NCBI GenBank assembly: GCA_018238155.1
Contig: JABCTZ010000032.1
Span: 224,001 to 288,000, forward strand
Direction: 5' to 3'
DNA: 64,000 bases
Source of the DNA: Candidatus Heimdallarchaeota archaeon
Lineage (GTDB): Archaea > Asgardarchaeota > Heimdallarchaeia > JABLTI01
Part shown: positions 9,430 through 19,531 of the stretch, piece after piece
How the letters are laid out: every line of letters begins with the position of its first letter
How positions within the stretch are numbered: the stretch's first letter is position 1
Notes under the pieces: model-generated
What the model was told of the DNA's origin: nothing
Seen by the model: the letters and a program-made list of their open reading frames with translations, nothing else
The model's database searches: none
Translations under genes and position numbers: made by a program

Positions 9430-11454
9430 ATGTCAAATCGGAAAAGCAACGTGATTATCATCTTCACAATAATGCTAATCGCAATGAATCTAATCGCAGT
9501 AACGCAAATGATTGCCACAAACAACAACCAATTTGATGGCGATAATACCCCATACTCTTTGGTAGATGCTTCAAATGAAGCAATCGTACCTGAGGATCCC
9601 TCATTGAAAGCTACTTCTGAGATTCCATCCTTGAGAAACTGGGATTTATCAATAAATACTTCTCGTATTATTAGACATTACGATTATGGATATTTAACGA
9701 TTAATGATAATATTACTCTTATCAATAACGATAATCTTTCTCTTCCAATATTCCGATTTTCTATCCCACAACATTTAGCAGTAAATTTAGTTGAAATTTC
9801 TGCCAGTTCTATGTGGGCTGAATTTGACGTTCCATTGAATTCTACAAACGTTGAAATCGAATATCAAGACGGGAATTTCACCTATTATATTATGGCACTC
9901 AATCCTATAGTGAATAACGCTTCCTTATATAAAATTCAAATTCATCAAACATATTTACGACCATATGAAATTTTTATATTTAAATCTGAAGACAATCATC
10001 TTTACAATGGTATAAAAATGAACGTAAGCAGAATGCCATTTCTTTCTTTGCCTATTCATACTGCTAGAACTACTTTCTTAAAAGCAGATGATGGTATAAT
10101 AATTAGTTCTCATATCTATCCAAATGAACTAGCGACAATTGGTGATGCATCCGTACTATACAATCCAATCTATAGTGTTCCTGCCTATAATTTTTCAAAT
10201 GAATATGAATCCAATTCAGATGATTACACTTACAAAGTTCAAATCGCTGGATATACATCTTTTACTTCTTCAATTGAAGCAACAAATTATTTAAGAACGA
10301 TTTCAATTGATAATTGGTATTATGCTCATTTTCATGAGGAAATTGAAATAGAAAACTTTGGTATTATTCCTAATGATCCTCTATGGGATCTTTCTGATGG
10401 TCGTGTTTTTGTGTCATTTGCTATGACACGTATCTATATTGGTGTAGATAATGCAGAAAATGTTGAAGTATATGATGAGTATGGTTCATTACCTGCTCCA
10501 TCGGATTCTGAAATAGTTCAAATGAATCGAATCACAGCTTATCTTAGATATCCTGTTTATGGTGGCGGAAAAGTTTCCCTTAATATTGATTACACACTCA
10601 AACTTGAAGATATCCTTCATTTCGAAAAGAATGAATTTATCTTAGATTGTCTGGCAATACCAGAAATACCATTCCATGTGAAAAATTACGAACTAACAAT
10701 AAAATTCCCTCAGGGAAGTAAAGTTCAATACGTTTCATTTGGTGATAAAGCAACAGAATTTGAGCAACATAAATCACCAGTGTTCTTACGAATTGGTCAA
10801 AGAGATACAATCTCTATTACAAAACTCAACCTAACCTCATTCGATAATGTGGATTTACGTGTTGGTTATTATATGTCTGATTTAGCATACTATATTCAAC
10901 CTTTGGTTTATTCACTAATTATCTTCATGGCTTGTTTACTTTATATCGGTGCAAGAACTCTCAGAAAGGATGTAATTGAGAAAGTCATTATTTCTTCTGA
11001 AGATAAGGAAGAAGTTCCAATAGAATTGATTCAAGAATTCGTAGAAAAATACGAAGAGAAGACTGCTATTCAAACAAGGATTACAGAGTTAGATGAAAGC
11101 AGACGAAAGAAGAAAGTCAAAGCTAAAGAATACGATCAACAAAGAAAGATTTTGGAAAGCAAGCTACGCGAAACAATTAAATCACTAGATAAAACGAAGC
11201 GCTCTCTAAAAGAAAAAGGTAGAAAATACCGTGACTCAATTCAAAAGATAGAAGTTAGTGAAGAAAAGAGAATAAGTGTTGAAAGAAGTATCAGTGATTT
11301 GCGAGTAAGGTATATTCGTGAGAAAGCTATTTCAAAAGATGCTTACATCAGAATTCTCAGAGATTATAAAAATCAAATTGAGAAATTTGAAAGAGACATC
11401 GACCGAGAAATCATTAACTTGAGACTCCTAATAGAGCACGAATCAAAGAGTTAG
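9430..11454 (+). CDS. Ribophorin I (OST subunit RPN1/Ost1) homolog
   Basis: Signal peptide; RTISIDNWYYAHFHEEIEIEN, YDEYGSL, LRYPVYGG, LTIKFPQGS and R-x-TI-x-I-x-K-x-NL resemble ribophorin I; single TM followed by a cytosolic coiled coil. Confidence 0.85.
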   Translation: MSNRKSNVIIIFTIMLIAMNLIAVTQMIATNNNQFDGDNTPYSLVDASNEAIVPEDPSLKATSEIPSLRNWDLSINTSRIIRHYDYGYLTINDNITLINNDNLSLPIFRFSIPQHLAVNLVEISASSMWAEFDVPLNSTNVEIEYQDGNFTYYIMALNPIVNNASLYKIQIHQTYLRPYEIFIFKSEDNHLYNGIKMNVSRMPFLSLPIHTARTTFLKADDGIIISSHIYPNELATIGDASVLYNPIYSVPAYNFSNEYESNSDDYTYKVQIAGYTSFTSSIEATNYLRTISIDNWYYAHFHEEIEIENFGIIPNDPLWDLSDGRVFVSFAMTRIYIGVDNAENVEVYDEYGSLPAPSDSEIVQMNRITAYLRYPVYGGGKVSLNIDYTLKLEDILHFEKNEFILDCLAIPEIPFHVKNYELTIKFPQGSKVQYVSFGDKATEFEQHKSPVFLRIGQRDTISITKLNLTSFDNVDLRVGYYMSDLAYYIQPLVYSLIIFMACLLYIGARTLRKDVIEKVIISSEDKEEVPIELIQEFVEKYEEKTAIQTRITELDESRRKKKVKAKEYDQQRKILESKLRETIKSLDKTKRSLKEKGRKYRDSIQKIEVSEEKRISVERSISDLRVRYIREKAISKDAYIRILRDYKNQIEKFERDIDREIINLRLLIEHESKS

Positions 11455-11548
11455 ATTTTTTCTTTCTCTTTACTCTTTTTATTTTTTCAAAGAGAACGAG
11501 TGGGTTCTTTGTTAATTTTTTCCTTAAATCAAAGAAAGGATGAATGGA

Positions 11549-12136
11549 TTATTCTACCCATCCTTTGAGTGTTTTTTCACATTTTTCACAAGAAAATTTC
11601 GAGTAATCTTTATCAGCCGGTTTTTCATCAACAGAAAATTTTTTCATACCACATTTGCAAACATACCCTCGTATTTTCGCCGGATTGCCAAAAACAAGAG
11701 CATGTGGTGGAACACTTTTTGTAACAACGCTTCCAGATCCTATCATGCAATATTCTCCAAGAGTAACTCCACAAATGATTACCACATTTGCACCAATGGA
11801 TACTCCATCCTCTATTTTTGTTTCAACAATTTTCCATTCCTGGTTAAATGCACGCGGATAAAGATCATTAGTGAAAACCATGTGTGGACCTAAAAAGACA
11901 TTATTACCGATTGTTACCCCGTGATAAACAGAAACTCGATTCTGAATTTTAACTCCATTACCAATTTTTACTCCTGAGTCGATGTACACACTTTTACCCA
12001 AAATGCAGCCTTTACCAAGTTCTGAATTTGAGCGAACATGTGCATGATGCCAGACACTAGTGCCTTCACCAATTTTAGCTCCGTCTTCAACTATTGCAGT
12101 TTCATGGATTCTTACGTTTTTTCTTTCAGTTGTCAT
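11549..12136 (-). CDS. WbpD/WlbB-like hexapeptide-repeat sugar N-acetyltransferase
   Basis: IHETAIVEDGAKIGEGTSVWH, KIQNRVSVY, FTNDLYPR, GNPAKIRGYVCKCG. Confidence 0.9.
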   Translation of the reverse strand: MTTERKNVRIHETAIVEDGAKIGEGTSVWHHAHVRSNSELGKGCILGKSVYIDSGVKIGNGVKIQNRVSVYHGVTIGNNVFLGPHMVFTNDLYPRAFNQEWKIVETKIEDGVSIGANVVIICGVTLGEYCMIGSGSVVTKSVPPHALVFGNPAKIRGYVCKCGMKKFSVDEKPADKDYSKFSCEKCEKTLKGWVE

Positions 12137-12154
12137 ATTGTTTTCAACGACCGT

Positions 12155-12466
12155 TTACTTTTGTGTTGCTTCTTTGGCAGTATCCCATTCTTTCTTTATT
12201 TCAATTTTTTCTTCGGTAGCTTCTTCTGTTTCGGTTTCAACAAATTTTTCCTTCTTCCATTTACGAACAAAAAGAAATATCTCTAATCCCATGAATGCGA
12301 GTAAAAGTACATCTGCAATTACTAGCAGATAAGTAATATTGGGAAATAATTGTAAAACTTTCACTTGAATATAAATTAATGCCGGGAATATTGCAAAAAA
12401 AGTACCAATGGTACCAATGGTAAAAACTCTATCAGCTTTCATTAGAAATCGTACTAGTGAATCCAT
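12155..12466 (-). CDS. Small two-TM membrane protein
   Basis: Two hydrophobic segments and an acidic/basic tail; co-oriented with the acetyltransferase. Confidence 0.6.
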   Translation of the reverse strand: MDSLVRFLMKADRVFTIGTIGTFFAIFPALIYIQVKVLQLFPNITYLLVIADVLLLAFMGLEIFLFVRKWKKEKFVETETEEATEEKIEIKKEWDTAKEATQK

Positions 12467-12605
12467 TTCTAATATTTTAATTCTCTGGAAAGAGATGATT
12501 ATTTATCAATGAATGATTCTAATTCTCCTATTCATTTGCTTATTTTGGAAAGGATATGGAATCTTTATTAAAGTAACTTCATGATTTTCAGATGTTGGTG
12601 ACTTA

Positions 12606-13931
12606 TTGGTCAAATTTTTCATAGAAACATTCGGTTGTACAGCAAATGTCTCTGCTTCAGAATTAATGGGCTATTTATTATTGGAATGTGGTTTCGAAAA
12701 AACTGATAATAGAGAGAGTGCTGATTTTGTTATTCTTAATACCTGTGTTGTAAAAGCACCGACTGAAAATAAAATTAAAGATCAAATTATCAAGTTAGCA
12801 AGAAGGTTTCCACTCATTATTGCGGGTTGCTTACCACAAGTAATGTCTGATTGGTGTAAAGAAAATATTCCAAAAGCAGCACTAATAGGTGTTGACCATT
12901 TCTATGAAATCTGTCAAGCTGCAGATGCTCTTATGAATGAACAAGAATTTAGATTAATTTCAAGGAAAAGAGAATTCTCACAAGAAACGAAAAGAGTAAG
13001 AGCTAGAGACTTAACTGGAATAATTGAAATATCCAAAGGTTGTACCGGAGAATGTGCTTATTGTATCGTTAGAATAGCAAAAGGATCTTTAGTTTCAAAG
13101 TCACCTGATTTAATCCTAAATGAAGCATCAACGGCATTAAAGGAGGGATGCAGGGAGATTTGGCTTACTGCACAAGATACTGCTTCTTATGGATTTGATA
13201 TCGAGAAAACCCTTTCTGACATAGTAAAGAAAATAGCTGATTTGCCTGGTGATTTTATGATTCGAATAGGGATGATGAATGCGGATTATGCTTTGCAATT
13301 TTTGCCTGAGATAAAAGAAATGTTCAAAATTCCAAAAGTGTATTCATTCATCCATTTACCTTTACAATCTGGAAGTGACAATGTTCTAACTAAAATGAAA
13401 AGAAAATATTCTGTAAGAGAATATTTATTTTTGATAGACGAGCTTCGTAAAATAAAGGATTTTACTATTTCAACCGATATTATTACCGGATTACCTGGCG
13501 AAACTGAAGAAGACTTTAATCAAACGAAGGTGCTCTTAGAAAAAATTCAATTTGATATTGTTAACATTTCCAAATATGGTGATAGAAAAGGTACAGTAGC
13601 AAGCAAATCCAAGGAGAAAATTCCTACAGAAATAGTCAAAGAAAGGTCAGTAATAATTACAAAATTAGTTAATAATATGACTTTAGAGAGAAATAAGAAA
13701 TGGATTGGTTGGCAGGGAGATGCACTAGCATTAAGAATTGATAAGAGAAATAATACCATTTTATTACGAAATAGATTCTATAAATTGATTTCAGTAGAAA
13801 GTTCAACCTTAGTTTTAGGGCAATGGTACAGAGTGGAAATTACGAGAGCACATAAAACTAGATTAATAGGTAATGTTGTTTCTGTGCCGAAAGGACAATT
13901 TGAAATAGTAAATAGGAAGAAACAAGTGTAG
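12606..13931 (+). CDS. mtaB: tRNA t6A37 methylthiotransferase (MtaB/CDKAL1 type), radical SAM
   Basis: ETFGC, NTC.VK, AGC, GCTGECAYC, RIGMMN, HLPLQSGS, TRAM-like C-terminus. Confidence 0.92.
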   Translation: MVKFFIETFGCTANVSASELMGYLLLECGFEKTDNRESADFVILNTCVVKAPTENKIKDQIIKLARRFPLIIAGCLPQVMSDWCKENIPKAALIGVDHFYEICQAADALMNEQEFRLISRKREFSQETKRVRARDLTGIIEISKGCTGECAYCIVRIAKGSLVSKSPDLILNEASTALKEGCREIWLTAQDTASYGFDIEKTLSDIVKKIADLPGDFMIRIGMMNADYALQFLPEIKEMFKIPKVYSFIHLPLQSGSDNVLTKMKRKYSVREYLFLIDELRKIKDFTISTDIITGLPGETEEDFNQTKVLLEKIQFDIVNISKYGDRKGTVASKSKEKIPTEIVKERSVIITKLVNNMTLERNKKWIGWQGDALALRIDKRNNTILLRNRFYKLISVESSTLVLGQWYRVEITRAHKTRLIGNVVSVPKGQFEIVNRKKQV

Positions 13932-13941
13932 GTTAAGAAAA

Positions 13942-14658
13942 ATGGTTCGTTTTGATCTTCATGTTCATACTAATTATTCAGATGGAACAGATTCTACAGA
14001 AGAAATAATTAGGCAAGCAGAAAAAATTGGCTTGGATGGTATTGGAATTACTGATCATGACACTTTTGGTGGGGTACACAAAGCTCTTGAAATTGAAACT
14101 ACGCTCATTATTGTACCAGGTATAGAAATTTCCACTTGTAAGGGACACATACTTGCTTATGGTTTAACTGACGGTGAATTTGAGATAGGACTAACACCTG
14201 CAGAAACTGTCGAGCAAATTCATAGAGTGGGAGGAATAGCAATTCCTGCACATCCATTTGATTATATTCGTTTAGGAATTAAAGATGAAATATACAATAT
14301 TAAGTCTGATGCAATAGAAGTGATTAATGGATGTATAACTTTCAGCCCATGGAATGAGAAAGCAAGAAGAGCAGCTGTTAAATTAGATTTACCAATGATT
14401 GCAGGTAGTGATGGTCACTCAACTGAAGAAATCGGTATTGCTTGGACAGATTTCATATATGAGCCGAAAAACTGGCAAGATGTTATTTCAATGATCCTGA
14501 GAAAAGAAGCAATTCCTGTAGGACGAAACCATCACGTTTTATCATCAAAGATAAGACGATTTTGGAAAGCATTTAAAAAACGAAATGATAGACCAACACC
14601 TTATCCATTTATCAAGCAACCAAAACAGAAAAATAGTAAGAAAATTGTTGAAGAATAA
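13942..14658 (+). CDS. PHP-domain metal-dependent phosphoesterase
   Basis: DLHVHT.YSDG, ITDHD, GIEIST..GH, AHP, GSDGH. Confidence 0.9.
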   Translation: MVRFDLHVHTNYSDGTDSTEEIIRQAEKIGLDGIGITDHDTFGGVHKALEIETTLIIVPGIEISTCKGHILAYGLTDGEFEIGLTPAETVEQIHRVGGIAIPAHPFDYIRLGIKDEIYNIKSDAIEVINGCITFSPWNEKARRAAVKLDLPMIAGSDGHSTEEIGIAWTDFIYEPKNWQDVISMILRKEAIPVGRNHHVLSSKIRRFWKAFKKRNDRPTPYPFIKQPKQKNSKKIVEE

Positions 14659-14667
14659 TTCAAAGAA

Positions 14668-15759
14668 CTAGTTGAAATATTGTTTTAACAGTCGATCTTT
14701 CTTCATAAGTGGAATTAACACTTCACTTGGTTTTTGAAGTTTTGATAGTTTTGTGCTTGTATCAAGCCAATGTTTCCGAGGATTTTTACATAGTTTCTTA
14801 ATTAATTTCTTGGTATCATCAACTGACTGCACAGAGAAACTCGGAAAACCTCTGTCTTCAATAAACTTCTGGGGTTCAAGATGTCGCCAGAAATAAGTTA
14901 TTGAGGGTACACCGAGAAGAGCAGCTTCTCTTGCCATTGTACCTCCACCTGTGATAACAATCTCAGCATTTGATATTAAATTCAAGAAATAGAAACCACT
15001 GGAAGGGATCTCAATTTGCCCTTCAAACTTCTCCAGTATAATTTCTCGTTGAATTTCATATCTAGGAAAAACAACTATTTTTCCTTGATAACATTCAATA
15101 ATATTTTCTAGAATTTCAAGATAGGGCTTGCTATCCTTATCTTTCATATAAGAAGCAAAACTTTCTTCAGGACGGTAAGCTAAATACATATTATCTTTTT
15201 CAATTGCTTTCTCTCTTAGTCTAATGAATTTTTGCTGGTTCTCTCCAGCAATATATTCAACTTCGTCTACACCATTATAATCAAACATTGTTTCTGGATT
15301 TGCTCCAAGGCGAGTGAATGCTTTTTTAGGAATACACGATGGAGTTAACAAGTAATTTGCTAAAGCAAAAGTGAGCTTAGCAACTGGTTTGGAATGAGCA
15401 GTATCATTCATTAAAATCAAAGGAATGCCTAAACCAAAGGCAACTCGAGATGCATCTGGCGAAGAAAAGGATATTGCTACTGCAGGTTTGTATGGTAAAG
15501 AGATGATATTTTCAGCAAGTTTAACAACTCTCTTAACACTTGCTAAGAGTTTTTCCTCTAATGATTTACCACCGTAGAAACCAAATGAGATTGGATCTAT
15601 TTTATGTGCTTTGAAAATGTCTAGAATATAATCATGATCTCGTGTCGTATAATGACATTTAAAACCAAATTTCTGTAACTCTTTGCCAATAGCGAGAAAA
15701 AGCATTGCTTGTTTGGGGGTTAATACTTCGAACCAAACAGTTTTTTCATTGTTATCCAT
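14668..15759 (-). CDS. DUF354 family protein (glycosyltransferase-like fold)
   Basis: WFEVLTPKQ, YGGKSLEEKL, SPDASRVAFGLGIP, GGGTMAREAALLGVP. ATG at 15759. Confidence 0.85.
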   Translation of the reverse strand: MDNNEKTVWFEVLTPKQAMLFLAIGKELQKFGFKCHYTTRDHDYILDIFKAHKIDPISFGFYGGKSLEEKLLASVKRVVKLAENIISLPYKPAVAISFSSPDASRVAFGLGIPLILMNDTAHSKPVAKLTFALANYLLTPSCIPKKAFTRLGANPETMFDYNGVDEVEYIAGENQQKFIRLREKAIEKDNMYLAYRPEESFASYMKDKDSKPYLEILENIIECYQGKIVVFPRYEIQREIILEKFEGQIEIPSSGFYFLNLISNAEIVITGGGTMAREAALLGVPSITYFWRHLEPQKFIEDRGFPSFSVQSVDDTKKLIKKLCKNPRKHWLDTSTKLSKLQKPSEVLIPLMKKDRLLKQYFN

Positions 15760-16048
15760 TTGATTCGTCCAACTTGTGATTATTATTCTCCCAATATTGT
15801 AAATCTTCCTTAAAGAACGCCTTGATAAGTGTATTCCAAACAATTAACCAAAAGAGGAATAAAGCGCCTGAAATAATGACTGAAAGAATTCCAAATGAAA
15901 TTCTATTCTCTGAAAGAAAATAAAGAAGTCCACTTTCATCAAAAAAGATGAAATTAATGAATGAAATAATCATTATGAGAAAAACCCAAACAATAAAGAT
16001 AGCTTTTATTGGGCTCCACGCAGCAATGAGAACTTTTTTGTAACGCAT
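15752..16048 (-). CDS. Small two-TM membrane protein
   Basis: Two hydrophobic helices; overlaps the start of the DUF354 gene. Confidence 0.6.
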   Translation of the reverse strand: MRYKKVLIAAWSPIKAIFIVWVFLIMIISFINFIFFDESGLLYFLSENRISFGILSVIISGALFLFWLIVWNTLIKAFFKEDLQYWENNNHKLDESNG

Positions 16049-16209
16049 TTTAAAGCAAGCTCCTTCAGAGATGTAGTTTTATAACAACTTGATTCATTTT
16101 TGAAAGTTTTTATGCTATTTAACTAAATATCCTAAGATGATATATTTATGATATACAATCAATTTAAATCTAATTACAACTAACCATTAATTTGGAGGTT
16201 TATTATCTA

Positions 16210-16863
16210 ATGACAGAAAAAATATACAACTTACCTTTAATTGGGGACCAAGCACCAAATTTTCATGCAAAGACAACTTTTGGTGAAGTCAACTTTCCAG
16301 ATGATTATAAAGGAAAATGGGTAATACTATTTTCGCATCCGGCAGATTTTACTCCTGTATGTACAACAGAGTTCATTGCGTTTCAAGCAAGAAAGAAGGA
16401 ATTTTCGAAATTGAATGCTGAACTAATAGGACTAAGCATAGATCAAATATACAGTCACATAAAGTGGGTAGAATGGATAGAAGAGAAAATGAAAGTGGAA
16501 ATCGAATTTCCAATTATTGCTGATCATGGCAAAATTGGCAAATTGTATGGCATGGTACACCCAAGCAAATCTGCAAGCACAGTAAGAGCTGTTTTTGTAA
16601 TTGATCCGGAAGGGATTATACGTGCAATAATCTACTATCCACCAGAAATTGGCAGAAATATGGATGAAATATTGCGTATCTTAGAAGCATTCCACATAGC
16701 AGATAAACACAATGTAGCAATGCCTGCAAATTGGCCAAAGAATGAATTGCTAAAAGATAGAGTGATAATTCCACCTGCGAGTGATGTCAAAACAGCAAAA
16801 CAAAGACCAAAAGATTATGAATGCTATGACTGGTGGTTATGCCACAAAGAAAGACCGAAATAA
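16210..16863 (+). CDS. Peroxiredoxin (archaeal Prx6/TDXH type)
   Basis: [25 protein letters not shown]-terminal CYDWWLC. Confidence 0.95.
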   Translation: MTEKIYNLPLIGDQAPNFHAKTTFGEVNFPDDYKGKWVILFSHPADFTPVCTTEFIAFQARKKEFSKLNAELIGLSIDQIYSHIKWVEWIEEKMKVEIEFPIIADHGKIGKLYGMVHPSKSASTVRAVFVIDPEGIIRAIIYYPPEIGRNMDEILRILEAFHIADKHNVAMPANWPKNELLKDRVIIPPASDVKTAKQRPKDYECYDWWLCHKERPK

Positions 16864-17039
16864 AAATATCTTACGAAATAAGGCTAAAAATTTATCAGCG
16901 ACAAATAAAAGCTGATAACATCTACTTTTTTTAAGTGTTCTTTATATTGTTGGCGACATAATTATTAATTAGGGAGAAAAATATTATAAGTCATAGTTAT
17001 AATAAAGAAAATCTCAACTAACAAGGAATAGTCTATAAA

Positions 17040-17471
17040 ATGGCTGTAATTGAATCAGGACTAATTGTGAATGGCATACCAATAGTTAGAAGTGAGTATG
17101 CTCCATCAGAGAAATTTGGAGACCCATTTATACGTATAGGACTTTTTACTGCAATTCAATCTTTTGCGGCACAAGCTTTCGGTGATGAAGCAGAAGAAAT
17201 GAAATTCAAAAAATATGTTATTGCAATAAGAGATTTAAATCCGGGAGAAAAAGCACCAATATTAATCTATGCTGTAGCCGAACGCGGAACAGATATTTCT
17301 GAAATGCAAAATCGACTTGAAAATATAAGCAGGAAGATAAATTTGGTGGAAATAATTTTTAATAGTCCAGTTAATACAAAAGAAATTCAAAAAGTCAAAA
17401 ATACAATCGATAAAGAAATGCAAGATCTAAAATTAACACCAGCAGATAGAGCAAAATTCGTTTTTGGTTAA
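17040..17471 (+). CDS. Longin-like small protein
   Basis: N-terminal strands LIVNGIPIV, then GLFTAIQSFAAQAFGDE helix typical of Asgard longin-fold proteins. Confidence 0.55.
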   Translation: MAVIESGLIVNGIPIVRSEYAPSEKFGDPFIRIGLFTAIQSFAAQAFGDEAEEMKFKKYVIAIRDLNPGEKAPILIYAVAERGTDISEMQNRLENISRKINLVEIIFNSPVNTKEIQKVKNTIDKEMQDLKLTPADRAKFVFG

Positions 17472-17559
17472 AAAGAACTTTTTTTACAATTAAACAGAAA
17501 TCTTTAAAATAGCTTTTGAAAGAAAAGAGAATGCTTATTACAGTAAGCAGCAAAAAATT

Positions 17560-17698
17560 CTGGCCCTAACTCAGCTTGGCTAGAGTGCTCGGCTGTAGAC
17601 TTAGTTCGCTCCAATGAAACGTGATTTGGAGTCAGCCTGTATTCGACTGCTAGACAGTGACCGAGATGACCCGAGTTCAAATCTCGGGGGCCAGACCA
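17560..17698 (+). tRNA. tRNA-Tyr(GTA) with a 61-nt intron (17599-17659) at position 37/38 and encoded CCA
   Basis: Acceptor CTGGCCC/GGGCCAG (C1-G72, A73); anticodon stem CTCGG/CCGAG; BHB motif with CTGT/ACAG helix and AGA and TGA bulges; T arm CCGAG-TTCAAAT-CTCGG. Confidence 0.95.
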
Positions 17699-17869
17699 AT
17701 TCTATTTCGATATTTTATCCATTCGAACTTTTCTCAATTCTATCCTTTATGCTCTTCTTACTTTTAGCACAGAATACTGTCTTTCTATGTATTTCTTTCA
17801 ACAGAAATTACTTTCGGAAAACTCTCAGATGAGAAAAAGAGCATAGAAAAAGAAGAACGATAATAAACT

Positions 17870-18121
17870 ATGACTGGAATAAATAACGATTTTCAAGTAA
17901 AGGAAGAGATAGCAGCATTAGATCATCTCGTGGACTGGAGAAGAGAAGCGAGGGAAGTAGAGAAGACCTTGCGATTCTATCCACAATGCGAAAATTTGGT
18001 ACGAGTAAAACTAAAGGAACATAAATACTATCAGAACTTTTACGGTTGTCCTGTATGTGGAGAAACAATCCTGTCAAATGGAATGATACGGTCTCCAAGT
18101 AGCAGAGAATACAGAATGTAA
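17870..18121 (+). CDS. Small Zn-ribbon protein (first Cys replaced by Tyr)
   Basis: RREAREVEKTLRFYPQC...GCPVCGETI; homologous to 19250-19531. Confidence 0.6.
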   Translation: MTGINNDFQVKEEIAALDHLVDWRREAREVEKTLRFYPQCENLVRVKLKEHKYYQNFYGCPVCGETILSNGMIRSPSSREYRM

Positions 18122-18291
18122 AAAAACGATAATATTATTTTTCTGATTGTTTTGTTTGATGGAAAACAATCCCATAGAATAGAATATTTTCTTCATAGTA
18201 TACGATAAGAATTTTTATAAAATTCAAACCAAAGTTGTTAAGAATATGGGATTTGATTTATTAGTACGGAAGTTTAACAAGTTATTAATCG

Positions 18292-19221
18292 GTGAGTTTT
18301 TTGGAAATTAGCAGATTAAAAGAAATAGCAAAGGAATTAGAAGAAGAATATGAAACGGGATATACTGAACTTAGCAAATTTAGAACTGAAGCAGGAAAAG
18401 AATTACAAGCAAATATGATAGACATAACGAGATTTATCATATCCTTTGAAGCTAGCTATATTTCAACCTCTCTCGGTGCAGAACTTCTTGATTCACTTAA
18501 TCTTAAAATTATGATTAAAGAACGTAAAACTGAAATTATTGAAGAAATATCGGAAAATAAAGGTTTAACACTAGAAAACAGCACACAATTCTATGATCTC
18601 ATAACTGAATATATGGATGAAAGTAGTAATATTTCCACAAAAGAGATTATAAGTGCTTTACCATTTATGAATCCTGAATTCAAAACCATGGAACACTTGT
18701 ATGCTCATTTTTTTGTCTCACTGGTAACTTATATTGATTTATACACAATGAACTTATCTCGTGAAATAATATTGGAGCTAGATACAAAGGATTATGTTGA
18801 ATTCCTTAAAGGATTTAATCCGATGAAAAATCCTAAAGAAAGAATAAATTTTCTAGCTTGATATTTTAGATTATATAATAAGGAACAGCTAAATAAAGAA
18901 ATATTGAAAGGGAAAAAATGGGAAATGATTTTTGATAAGATTATTGATATTAGAGATACAATTTCTCATAGAAATCCATTATTAACTGTAGAAGATTTAA
19001 ATGAGAACTTTATAGAAATGTTACAACAAGCACAAAAGAAATCTCTTGTTATATTTAATCAAACAGAAGAAGAGGATAATATATTGTTATCAAATCTTCT
19101 AAAAAAATATTCATCGAAATTTGTTGTGTTGTTTCTCTTCGAGGATATAATGAGGTATTGTTATAGTTATTTAGCATTAATAGATCAAGCGTTATTTGAG
19201 TCTAAATTTAAGAGGACATAA
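18292..19221 (+). pseudogene. HEPN-domain RNase/toxin gene interrupted by one in-frame TGA (18859-18861)
   Basis: ORFs 18292-18861 and 18904-19221 share a frame with no other stop (FLA*YFRLYNKEQLNKEILKGKKW); RDTISH is an RxxxxH HEPN motif. Confidence 0.65.
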
Positions 19222-19249
19222 AAATAGATATTTTCTTTAAAATGAACAA

Positions 19250-19531
19250 TTATTCCCATTTTCTATTATCATTAGGAGTAGTCAAGCGAGGGACTTGAAT
19301 AACTTCTCCACATTTCGGACAAGCGAAATGAAGATAGGTAATATCTCGCTTAACGTAAATGAACAAGTTGAATTGTCCGCATCTACCACAGAGACGCATA
19401 GTTTTCTGTAATTCGCGAATTTCATAACGCAAGAATAAAGCTTTCTTTTTACGGTCATCTTCTGTTTCTCTCCAAGGAGGATGATAAGAGCCATAGGACA
19501 TAAGTAGATCACACTTGAGAAATGGATCCAT
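19250..19531 (-). CDS. Small Zn-ribbon protein
   Basis: RYEIRELQKTMRLCGRC...FACPKCGEVI. Confidence 0.65.
   Translation of the reverse strand: MDPFLKCDLLMSYGSYHPPWRETEDDRKKKALFLRYEIRELQKTMRLCGRCGQFNLFIYVKRDITYLHFACPKCGEVIQVPRLTTPNDNRKWE

Noticed and set aside
14668-15843. Longer ORF-track starts for several genes (DUF354, NOG1, MGMT, epimerase, 41603)
   Set aside because: Extensions overlap neighbours or lack homology; downstream starts fit better
17614-17832. 72-aa ORF
   Set aside because: Starts inside the tRNA-Tyr intron and runs through exon 2; spurious
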